64,000 nucleotides of DNA, taken from NCBI GenBank assembly GCA_000091205.1, contig AP006496.2; one strand, given 5' to 3'. Below, in pieces: positions 11,752 through 20,557 of the stretch (within the stretch, counting starts at the first letter, position 1; every line of letters begins with the position of its first letter). A program made the translations under genes and the position numbers. The DNA is from Cyanidioschyzon merolae. Taxonomy: Eukaryota. The notes below the pieces were generated by a model, which had not been told where the DNA came from, made no database searches, and saw only the letters and a program-made list of their open reading frames with translations.

Positions 11752-13698
11752 TTAGACACTCTTTCCACCCCGCTGGAGCTCCTCGTTGCGGAAACGTACC
11801 AACCAGCCCGGCTGATAATTCTTACCGCGGCCAGTCCAACGCTCGAACCGCGAGAGATGCTTCGGATTGATGCCCTCGCCGCCATACTCATTCAGCCGAC
11901 CACTAATGAGAAGCTCCCACTGTAAATCATACTCGTACAGCGAAAGGTTCGTCGTGTCCGGCAGAAAGACCCAGGTGAACACGGCGCCAAAAACACAGAG
12001 TGCGGCATTCACCCAGAACACTGTCCTGATATCGTTCGTGGTCTTTGTTTTGAACGCTGCAGTCGAGATGAGGGCACCGGCCTTACCGCTGAATGACGAC
12101 ATGCCGTGACACGTGCTGCGAATAACAGTCGGATACAGCTCTGCCGACACAATATAGGTCGTCACGTTTGGGCCCATCTGCGTGAAGAGGCTCGTCATGA
12201 TGTAGCAGAAGAGCAGCGCGCGCGGAGAGTGCTCTTGCATTTGGACGTAGGCACCGGCCGTGATGAAGAAGAACACCGCCTCCCAGAAGAATCCAAAGAT
12301 CTGAAGGCGAACGCGGCCGCACCACTTGCGATCGATGATGAAAGCAGAAATGAAGTATCCAATGAGCGCAACCGTATTCTTCAGCAGGATATAGCCGTTG
12401 ATGACGATGAGATTCTTGTCGGGAACTAACGCGGTGAAAATGGGTCCCGAGTAGAGTCCGTTTCCATAGAAGGAAATATCATTGATGAACCATCCCAAGC
12501 ATGTCGCCAGTAAACGAGACCAATAGAACCTAAAGATGTAGCCGAAATGACGTCTCATGCGTCCAGTTACGGAAAGGCCCTCTGCGCTCTCGTTCGTGTC
12601 ACGCCGCCGCTTGGCACTCAAATAGATCTCGTTTTCACGAAGGATCAGGAAACGATATAGGAGTATGAGCAGAATCAGAAATGCTCCAATCCCGTAGTAT
12701 GATCGCCAAACGTAGCCCAGTGCCTGGGTGGAATACCCCGCGCAGTTGTTCACATTGGTCGCAATCAAGGCCGTATCCGTGTTTGGCGAGGTCTGCTTCG
12801 AGATCGCAAACTCGATCAAAAGGAGCACGCTGCCAAACACGATACCCACGCCCTGCATGGCGAACGCCAGCGCTATCGTTTCTCCGCGACGCGCGGTGCG
12901 GGCTCGCTCGTCAGCACGTGCACGCTGGCGTGCAAGCGCGTCTGTGAAGTAGATCGTTGACTCGCCCTCGCCACCCGTCTCCTGCATGATGCGTGTCGCG
13001 CGCTTCTCCGATGCAACTGACGCGGTCAACGGGTACTCGCCGCCGATGCCGAAGCCAGTAAGCGCGTAGAAAATTGCAAATAGAACGAATATCGTATCCG
13101 CACTCTCCGAAATTGAGAAAGTAATGATGATCGCGCTGATAAAATACGTCGAAACCGTGAACAGCATCGAAAAGCGACGACCGATTCGATCGCCTAGCAG
13201 GCCAAAGAACAGCATACCGACAATTAACCCGGCGAATATTGAATACGTATTTGCCTTTTGGGTTCCTTTCGTGCAGCTAGACGCTGCAAGTCCTTGGCAG
13301 GTCGTCCCTGATATGGGTTTTGTGCCAAAACAGGTCGGATACGCATTCGTCCAGGCTGTCTTCACCTGGCCCGTGTTGACTGTAAAGTATCCCTCGATAA
13401 AGATACCAATGCCTGTGAACAAAGAAGCAGCCAAGTACTGGATAAAACCGGAAATACCGTTCTCCGACCGTGGTGGAATATCTTTCGGGGTCGAGGCGAT
13501 GGGTTTTCCGGTGTCGTCTGTTTCCATGTCAGTGTCGTACGCCAAGATCACGCCGGATCCGAACATGATTGGTGCGTACGCTGCAGACTCGCGGAAACTG
13601 GTACGCACAGCCGTAGCGTACTGCTGCCGCTCCTCCTCAGCCACGCCGTATTCTTCAGCATCAGCCATTTTATCCGCGGTGCACTGCGTTCGGAACAC
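11752..13698 (-). CDS. inorganic phosphate:H+ symporter, PHO84/PHT1 family (MFS)
   Basis: 648-aa ORF with about 12 predicted TM segments and the family signature GIGGEYPLTASVASE. Further motifs collinear with yeast Pho84: RIGRRFSMLFT, GPNVTTYIVSAELYPTVIRSTCHGMSSFSGKAGALI, FYGNGLYSGPIF. Confidence 0.85.
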   Translation of the reverse strand: MFRTQCTADKMADAEEYGVAEEERQQYATAVRTSFRESAAYAPIMFGSGVILAYDTDMETDDTGKPIASTPKDIPPRSENGISGFIQYLAASLFTGIGIFIEGYFTVNTGQVKTAWTNAYPTCFGTKPISGTTCQGLAASSCTKGTQKANTYSIFAGLIVGMLFFGLLGDRIGRRFSMLFTVSTYFISAIIITFSISESADTIFVLFAIFYALTGFGIGGEYPLTASVASEKRATRIMQETGGEGESTIYFTDALARQRARADERARTARRGETIALAFAMQGVGIVFGSVLLLIEFAISKQTSPNTDTALIATNVNNCAGYSTQALGYVWRSYYGIGAFLILLILLYRFLILRENEIYLSAKRRRDTNESAEGLSVTGRMRRHFGYIFRFYWSRLLATCLGWFINDISFYGNGLYSGPIFTALVPDKNLIVINGYILLKNTVALIGYFISAFIIDRKWCGRVRLQIFGFFWEAVFFFITAGAYVQMQEHSPRALLFCYIMTSLFTQMGPNVTTYIVSAELYPTVIRSTCHGMSSFSGKAGALISTAAFKTKTTNDIRTVFWVNAALCVFGAVFTWVFLPDTTNLSLYEYDLQWELLISGRLNEYGGEGINPKHLSRFERWTGRGKNYQPGWLVRFRNEELQRGGKSV

Positions 13699-13920
13699 AC
13701 ACGAGCTAGAGAAACGTGATCCGCCAAGCGTGCAAAGTTAATCGACGCCACGAGCCTGCGCAGCGACGTTGCAAATAAGGCTTTTCGACTAAAAACAAAA
13801 ACAGGAAACGTATTATACAAGATATAGAAAAACAGAAGCCGACGGAGGGTGCACCGTCGACGTACCGAGCTCAAGATTCCAGCGCACGATCGCATCTCGC
13901 GAATCTTGTCACCACCGCCT

Positions 13921-15850
13921 ATCTAAAGACGCGTCGCCGGCGGTGCGCAGTACTGGTGGCGAACGCGCCTTAGACAAATCGTCTCCAACTGACGTGCCGA
14001 CGCCTCCGCGTCTATTTGGACCGGCCACCCACTACTGCTTTCAACTTCTTCTCATATAGTTCCACTTTGAGCGGTTATCCAACAAAGCCCTCTCGTGTCA
14101 ACTCCGGGCGTCTTCGTTCCACCAGCGCATATCGCCTTAGATAGATAGCGGCGTCAAAGTCTCGGTTCACGAATTCCATCCGTCTCTTGCCATTGATTGT
14201 ATACGCCAGTGCAAGCAATCCACGAACTTTTGCCCTCCTTTCCATTTGCTCCTCCGTCAGCGCTCGGTACTTTTTTATATTCTCAGGGCTCCGCTGACAC
14301 TTTTCCATCTCCACTCTCTGAAGTGCACACCCCGGTTCGTGGTGTGTATACATTGTTCGGAACTCGTCTACAGGCATCGTAACAATACGCCGTGCGCACT
14401 CCTTGCACGCTCTCTTTGTTGGAGATGGCGTCATTCCTTTTTTGGACGCCAAGCGCCCTGCCGCATACGCTCCTACGAGCCTCTGACTCGCGTCCTATTT
14501 GAGGGCGCTCAACTCATTGAAAACGTTCGCGAATGCCCGCTGCCTCCCACAGTATAGATTCATTCGCAAACAATCACACCGGGGCTTGGTATACTCCTCC
14601 CACAGCGCATCCCAATGGGCAACATGAACTTCCATGAATTTCCGAAAAGCTCGAAAGTCCGCTCCCCGGCTCATGACCTCGCTCAAGGCTTCCAGGTGAT
14701 CTTTCATTCCTGAATTCCAAGTCTCGATTTTCTTCCTTTTATCATTATACCGGATTCGCGGTAGTATCTCGCTCTCGAGAATCTCAAGAGACGCATGTCT
14801 TTCTTACGTAAGTTACCGTCAGTACCGTCTTCCGCACGTCTGGGTGCAGCAATGGTGATGATCTTCGTATTGCCAGGGTCCGCGCCAACGACAAAGTCGT
14901 TATCCTGCACTTTCTGCGTGGCAGGATCCGCCTCCTTCTTTTCTTCCTCCTTCGTCATGTCAACGACAAGGTCGTTATCCTCCACCTCCTGCGTCGCAAG
15001 ACCCGCCTCCTTCTCATCTTCCTGCTTCGACGCGCCATCGACAAGGTCGTTATGCTGCACTTTCTGTTCTGTGTGGCAGGATCCTCCTCAATGTTTTCTT
15101 CATCCTTCGTCACGGACGCAGCCGAGGGATGGACTGGCCGATCTTTCTTCAACCGCCGATAGTGTATACACAAGGCTACTCCATCGGTTTCGATCAACCC
15201 AGTGAATACCGTTTGCTTGCTCACTCTCAGACGTTTGGAATCGAAGATATTCTTCCAGTGGGTCTCCAGGTTTTCGCCGGTGAAGTCCTCCCTGCTAACA
15301 TCGAACTCGGGACTGATCTCTTTCATGCGGCGTCAAGGACTCTGGAGTCGATACTCACAAAATGTGACTTGAGGTTGCACATTGGAACGCCGTTGAAGCG
15401 CTTCCCCATTAGGAAATCCTTCCGTCTCTCCCACTCTTCATTTGCCTCTTCACTCAGCTTCATTTCTGCCTTGCGTTCGAGCTCTCGGTCCAGAAACGCG
15501 AGGTACCGCAGGACGAGGCGATAGTATCTTTCCTTATCTTCTTTCAACTCTGATATCTTGTCTGTCGAATCCGCCAACCCCAGAACCGCAGGGCGCTCTT
15601 GAATAGCCGCGCGGATTACAGAATCTTCATTCGTGCTCTCGTTTGACGACCTCTTGTCAAAGAATTCAATCTTATCTTCATGCTTACGATGGTTCGTGAT
15701 GCCGTTGATAATCGCCCATAGCCACTTGCAAGAGATACCCTGGGTACAGTGCAAACACGGCACGTATCATAAAACGCTCCAGGTTCACGATCATATGATT
15801 CTTCAGATTCGTGATGTGCGTACTCGGCCTGTCACAATTTACTCTGGCAT
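13921..15850 (-). mobile_element. Fanzor/TnpB-like element copy F2 (5'-truncated, multiple frameshifts)
   Basis: Minus-strand ORF pieces 14075..14452 (CxxC-like region, RGLLAL, NRDFDAAIY), 14495..14707, 14704..15060 ([17 protein letters not shown] with 3 acidic repeats), 14955..15326 and 15323..15763 are collinear with the F3/F5 protein. The conserved 3' tail is at 13921-14074. The N-terminal ~250 codons are missing, and the copy abuts a partial X/R2 repeat at ~15850. Confidence 0.7.
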
Positions 15851-16240
15851 TAAGAGCGGGCGGCCTGCGTCATGGCGTCGCCCTGGTCCTAACAGACTCC
15901 TAGCACGTCGCTTCACGCTGTTGCAGGCAGCAGATCTGGCTGCCCAGTTGTCAGGCTCCCAGAATGATTACGTATTCCGACTCCGTATCAGGTGAAACCT
16001 TCCTCGATACGACGCCCTCAGTGGTATCGCAAAGCCGTTCTGTGTCCGTTCAGCATTGGCATCAGCGCTACAGGCGCTTTCGCTGGAGCTCAAATCAGAC
16101 ACTCGGGGCACAACAGGACGTACAAAACTACCGGTGTATCCAAAATGATGCATTAGTAATGGGCTTTGATGGTAGATGCGTCATGATGGACGCTTTTTCG
16201 ACTACCAATATCCATCTCGCCGGCTGAGATCCCCGGTCAA
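15850..16240 (+). repeat. X(partial)+R2 short interspersed repeat, copy A
   Basis: 15911-16240 aligns by eye with 42313-42650, 54114-54448 and the reverse complement of 60600-60835. Shared strings: ctcccagaatga, cgacgccctcagtggta, gcaaagccgttctgt, gatggacgcttt..ccaatatccatc. Confidence 0.6.
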
Positions 16241-16409
16241 TGTAAACGAATTTCGCCATCGAAAGAGAATCGATCGCAGCGCCCTGCGGATGCCGCCCCC
16301 CTCCCCTGCGAAATAACATCCAGACAAACATTACGTCTTTTCCCTTCAAAGGGAACACTGGTCCAAGATGCCGACCCTATGCTGATCGCAGAGCAAGCGT
16401 CGAAGGTCT

Positions 16410-17351
16410 TTGCATATGACACTCGCGCCGTGGGCTAGTGCGGCGCTTTATACGCTCACTTCTCTGCTAGGAGTGATTGTTAACAAGGCAGTTTTCTCGT
16501 CTTTTGACTTCGCGTACCCACTGGTAATCCTGCTGGCCCAGCTCGTTGTCACGAGCACAGCGTTACTACTCGTGTGGCGCAGATTTCCACCACTACCCGC
16601 AAACTGGGTCCCGTTGCTTCTCGTGGCAGCAACTTTCGTTCTGAACGTCTTCACCGGCCTCGTGGCGCTCGAGACTGCGAACCTGCCCATGTTCAGCGCG
16701 TTCCGTCGCCTCTCCGCTGTGGCAGTCATGATATTCGAGGCCATCTTCTTGGGCCGGCGAGAGACGGCTGCGGTAGAAAAGGCAGTCGCTGTGATGACGG
16801 TTGGGTCGGTGCTGGCGGCGATCGGAGAGATCAACGCCGACTGGCTAGGTTACAGCTACGTGATACTCAACAACTGCGCCACGGCCCTGTACCTGGTGGC
16901 GCTGAAACGTGCAACCCCGCGGCTGGGGCGTCGGCAACTGGACAGTCTGGTGATCACCTTCTACACCAACCTGTTCGCGATTCCAATGGCGCTGGTCGCT
17001 GCCTGGTTTCTGGAGATGCGGCGCACTGCCGATGCACCCAGTGCCCTGGACGCCCTGGCAACACAGCTGGAACGACGCGGTTTGGCGTTCGCCGCTGCAC
17101 TGCTCTTGTCCTCGGCGTCGGCGCTGGCGGTGAACGTTACGACACTCTGGTGCACCGCAACGAATACGCCACTGGTGACAGCGATCGCCGGTCAGACCAA
17201 GAACCTTCTCCAAACCGCATTAGGTTTTATCCTGTGGGAATATCACTTTACGGCTTTGAACGCTTTCGGATTAGCGCTCGCCGCTATCGGTTCCACGATG
17301 TTCGTCCATGCCAAGTTCATGAAAACACCGAAACCTTTCCAGAATACGTAA
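16410..17351 (+). CDS. nucleotide-sugar transporter / triose-phosphate-translocator family (DMT superfamily) membrane protein
   Basis: 313-aa ORF with ~9-10 hydrophobic helices; NST/TPT-like segments LGVIVNKAVFSSFDFAYPLVI, ANLPMFSAFRRLSAVAVMIFE, ALKRATPRLGRRQLDSLVITFYTNLF. Confidence 0.65.
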   Translation: MHMTLAPWASAALYTLTSLLGVIVNKAVFSSFDFAYPLVILLAQLVVTSTALLLVWRRFPPLPANWVPLLLVAATFVLNVFTGLVALETANLPMFSAFRRLSAVAVMIFEAIFLGRRETAAVEKAVAVMTVGSVLAAIGEINADWLGYSYVILNNCATALYLVALKRATPRLGRRQLDSLVITFYTNLFAIPMALVAAWFLEMRRTADAPSALDALATQLERRGLAFAAALLLSSASALAVNVTTLWCTATNTPLVTAIAGQTKNLLQTALGFILWEYHFTALNAFGLALAAIGSTMFVHAKFMKTPKPFQNT

Positions 17352-18630
17352 CGCCGGCCCCACCGAACGCCTTCAAGTGCATATGATACGCCCAATAGCT
17401 GCGCCACATCATTTCAGAGAACGTGTAGCCCTCGTAGGAGCCCTGGTAGACCTCGGCGATACGCTTCAGAACTTGCCTCACTGAGATGCAACCGAGATCA
17501 AGTGCCGATTTCAGGACGAGGCTCAGCTCGGCATGATCCGAGCGCGCTAGACGCTCAGTGACCGATTCGTTGCGCTGTCGCACGATAGCCTGCAGTGTGC
17601 GCGTCGCCTCGGCCTCGCTGGGGCATCGGTGTGTCCCGTGCTCCATACCTGTTCCGATTTGTCGCCAGCTGTCAGCCGCCAGCGCGCAGAGTGCCTCGGG
17701 GCAACTAAGGCGCTCGGGAGCAGGCTCCAGCTTAATGGAGACTTCTTTCCCTGTGCGTCTCTGACGGATGGTGCCCGCTACCGCTAGGAAGGACACGTTG
17801 CGCTTGCCGGCCTGGGCGGAAAGCTCCTGCACCATACCTTCGTCGAGGAGCGTGTTGCCTGCCCAGTAACCCTGGAGAGTCAACGCTAGCTCGTTTGCCT
17901 GTTCGACTGCTTCAACCATCGCTCGCTCGGCAAGGGCCCCGTCCCAGTTGACTGCGTGATTGAAAACGATGCGATCAATCTGGATCTGGAACTCGTTCCG
18001 CAGACGGGAAAGTAACGCCACCAGAGCGGCTCCACCGCCTTCGGGAATGACCAACAATTCGCTGCCTAATGCAACAAGTCTTTCGCGAAGGTCACGCAGC
18101 GCACAACGCGTCTCGCACGAGCGCACACTGCCGGTGTACACCGCAAGCAGCAAACCGCCACGTGCACGGTCCCGAGTCGCTCGCGCGGCTTCCGCTAAAG
18201 CAACGTTATCCGTAACGCGCTGGTCCTGATTCACCCACCAGATAACGCGAGCGTTGCCGGCACCACTGCCGACTTGGGGAAGAGGTGCGAAACTCGGTGG
18301 TGCAACCTGTAGCCAGTCCCGCAGCCGCAGCGCCGGGTCGCCGCCCGTGCGAACACCACTCGTTGTCGCCGTGCAGCCGCTCGACGCTACCAGCTGAAAC
18401 CAGTCTAGCGGCAAACGGCGGCTTACGGCAACGTCCGCACGCCTGCGACCGCCACGAGCCTTGTGCGGCCTGAAGCGAGTGCGTGTCGGGGTGTCGTTCC
18501 CGTGCGCTCCCAAGCAGGGCGTCGTCAGACGCGCCCCAGTGCTTGCACCCACAAAAGTCAGTTGTAGTTTGCTGATTGAGCAAGTAAGAAACATCCTATC
18601 GTGTGTGAAGCCGCCTTGAATTCGTAACAC
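17317..18630 (-). CDS. photolyase/cryptochrome-family N-terminal alpha/beta domain protein (C-terminal FAD domain absent; truncated or pseudogene?)
   Basis: Residues ~125-437 show ARVIWWVNQDQRVTDNVALAEA (cf. photolyase vVWFRrDLRl.DN.AL), RCALRDLRERLVALGSELLV (cf. R..FLlESL.DLr..L), IDRIVFNHAVNWDGALAERAMVEAV, LGCISVRQVL (cf. FGcLSvR), and an end ...EMMWRSYWAY (cf. ELiWRdFf) just before the stop. The first ~125 codons are Arg/Gly-rich and probably not coding. The ORF overlaps the 3' end of the convergent transporter gene by 35 bp. Confidence 0.4.
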   Translation of the reverse strand: MLRIQGGFTHDRMFLTCSISKLQLTFVGASTGARLTTPCLGAHGNDTPTRTRFRPHKARGGRRRADVAVSRRLPLDWFQLVASSGCTATTSGVRTGGDPALRLRDWLQVAPPSFAPLPQVGSGAGNARVIWWVNQDQRVTDNVALAEAARATRDRARGGLLLAVYTGSVRSCETRCALRDLRERLVALGSELLVIPEGGGAALVALLSRLRNEFQIQIDRIVFNHAVNWDGALAERAMVEAVEQANELALTLQGYWAGNTLLDEGMVQELSAQAGKRNVSFLAVAGTIRQRRTGKEVSIKLEPAPERLSCPEALCALAADSWRQIGTGMEHGTHRCPSEAEATRTLQAIVRQRNESVTERLARSDHAELSLVLKSALDLGCISVRQVLKRIAEVYQGSYEGYTFSEMMWRSYWAYHMHLKAFGGAGVTYSGKVSVFS

Positions 18631-19144
18631 CTGTAGACGTCAACACTGAGCACTGCACCGTACTGCACTGCACCGCACCGCACCGGCACAAACGTGTTGC
18701 GAGCGCTGGTCCACGAGAAGCCCAGAGAATGCGAGTCGCCACCACGAGCTCTCCGCCGATGCTGCCCACTGGCGCATGCAGATCAACTGGATCGATCGCC
18801 AAGTGGCGGTGCCTCCAGCAGTGCGGCATGGCTGCGGCGCGATGCGCGCATCGATGCTCCTCAGCGGCGCGCGCACGTACATGTGCGCACCGCAAGCGCT
18901 GGTATCTGGCGCTGGGTGCCTCGCATATACCCCGGGTACGGGGCCGGCGCCGCTGCACAGCACAGTAGCGAGCTGCGGCGGCTGCGGCGGCTGCGGCGGC
19001 TGCCATCGCCGGCGAGCGCTTGCCCCGCCTCCCGCAGTCGGAGCGTGCGCCTCGCGATCCGCCGTAGCGGTAGCGATCGGACTCGTGAGGCACGTTGTTG
19101 TTGTGCAGCTCGTCCAGTGTCTGCAGTGCAGTTGTGCAAGTATC

Positions 19145-19819
19145 ATGTCGTTCGCGCTACCCAGTCTGCTTTATGACTATGCGGCCTTGGAGCCACATAT
19201 TGATGCGTTGACGATGCAGATTCACCACACGAAGCATCATGGCACGTACATCAACAACTTGAACGGAGCTATCCAGGGTGAGCACGGCGGCTCGCTGAAA
19301 GGTCTCTCCCTGGAGGCCATCTGCCGGAACGTGAATTCGGCTCCAGAGGCAGTCCGGACTACGGTCCGTAACAACAGTGGCGGGCACTGGAACCACACCT
19401 TCTTCTGGACTATTATGGCACCAAGCGGCACAGCGGCGTCGGCGCCCAGCGGGGCACTCAAGAACGCCATCGAGTCGCAGTTTGGGAGCGTGGATTCATT
19501 CAAGGATCAGTTCAACAAGGCGGCTGCAGGACGTTTTGGATCCGGATGGGCCTGGCTCTGCATGAACCAGAATAAGCAGTTGTTCATCACGAGCACCCCG
19601 AACCAGGACAACCCGCTCATGAGCGGTATTGCGGAGAAACCCGGCTTGCCTATCCTGGGTCTCGATGTCTGGGAACACGCCTATTACCTCAAGTACCAGA
19701 ACCGTCGACCGGAATACATCGCTGCTTGGTGGAACGTTGTGAACTGGGACACTGTAGCCAAGTACTATGACGAAGCGTCTTCCGGGAAAGCGCCGGTACT
19801 CGATGTGCCTCTGCAGTGA
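19145..19819 (+). CDS. iron/manganese superoxide dismutase
   Basis: From ATG 19145: [40 protein letters not shown]...[10 protein letters not shown]...FGSGWAWL...[22 protein letters not shown], all canonical Fe/Mn-SOD metal-ligand and signature segments, 224 aa. The ORF track extends 123 codons upstream through a GC-rich (GGCGGCTGC)n stretch. Confidence 0.9.
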   Translation: MSFALPSLLYDYAALEPHIDALTMQIHHTKHHGTYINNLNGAIQGEHGGSLKGLSLEAICRNVNSAPEAVRTTVRNNSGGHWNHTFFWTIMAPSGTAASAPSGALKNAIESQFGSVDSFKDQFNKAAAGRFGSGWAWLCMNQNKQLFITSTPNQDNPLMSGIAEKPGLPILGLDVWEHAYYLKYQNRRPEYIAAWWNVVNWDTVAKYYDEASSGKAPVLDVPLQ

Positions 19820-20016
19820 CTAGACAGCGTCACATCTTACCCTATGGCGTTCCGTGGGCGTCTTTAGGTCTGATAAGGAATGTCTTAAAAGGAATGCGTA
19901 TTGGTCGTTTGGTCCATGCGTCTCCAGAAGCAGGTTATTCGCCCGAAGTACCAGCAGCGCTTCGTTTTCAGCGCAGCAGCAGCAGCAGAAGCAGAAGCAG
20001 AAGCAGAAGCACTGCA

Positions 20017-20244
20017 GTGCTGCACATTTGCGCGGCGCCGAAGGATCACCTGCAAACACGCTCGTTTCGTCAAGGCGTTCAGCATCTAGGTACTGCCGCA
20101 GCGACAACGTCATACGAACAGGTGTTTGGTGTGCTGCACATTTGCGCGGCGCCGAAGGATCACCTGCAAACACGCTCGTTTCGTCAAGGCGTTCAGCATC
20201 TAGGTACTGCCGCAGCGACAACGTCATACGAACAGGTGTTTGGT
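20017..20244. repeat. tandem direct duplication, 2 x 114 bp, preceded by a (CAG/AAG)n microsatellite at ~19975-20010
   Basis: tgctgcacatttgcgcggcgccgaaggatcacctgcaaacacgctcgtttcgtcaaggcgttcagcatctaggtactgccgcagcgacaacgtcatacgaacaggtgtttggt occurs twice back to back. The ORF-track peptide VLHICAAPKDHLQTRSFRQGVQHLGTAAATTSYEQVFG is duplicated accordingly. Confidence 0.85.
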
Positions 20245-20557
20245 ATGGTGTCGAGCGCTCGTTGCTCCGAACAGCGCGCGCATCCCGATAGCAGCCACTG
20301 CACGCGCACAACGAGGAAACTGTTGTCTAGGCGCTTCGGATACGCCGCTTACTAGCCGCACTGATACCTCTGCAGTGTCTGACTGAATAGCCGAACCATC
20401 ACCGATACGGATTCGGTGTCTACTGTGCGACGTATGCCAAACAGGCCGTCGCTCATCGGCCCTGAAAAAAAGACGACACAAATCTTTTGCCGAATACTCT
20501 GGGCGGGGAGCAAACACAAGTCCCGCTGCTCGCACTCGGAGACACTACCAGGCCTTC

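Noticed and set aside
18640-19146. Minus-strand ORFs 18596..19093 and 18640..19146 overlapping the SOD upstream region
   Set aside because: They are Arg/Ala-rich translations of a GC-rich repeat tract with no domain similarity, and they are mutually overlapping in alternative frames. They are typical GC-induced spurious ORFs.
20017-20244. CRISPR-like array
   Set aside because: There are only two perfect 114-bp units with no unique spacers. The genome is eukaryotic. This is a simple tandem duplication.
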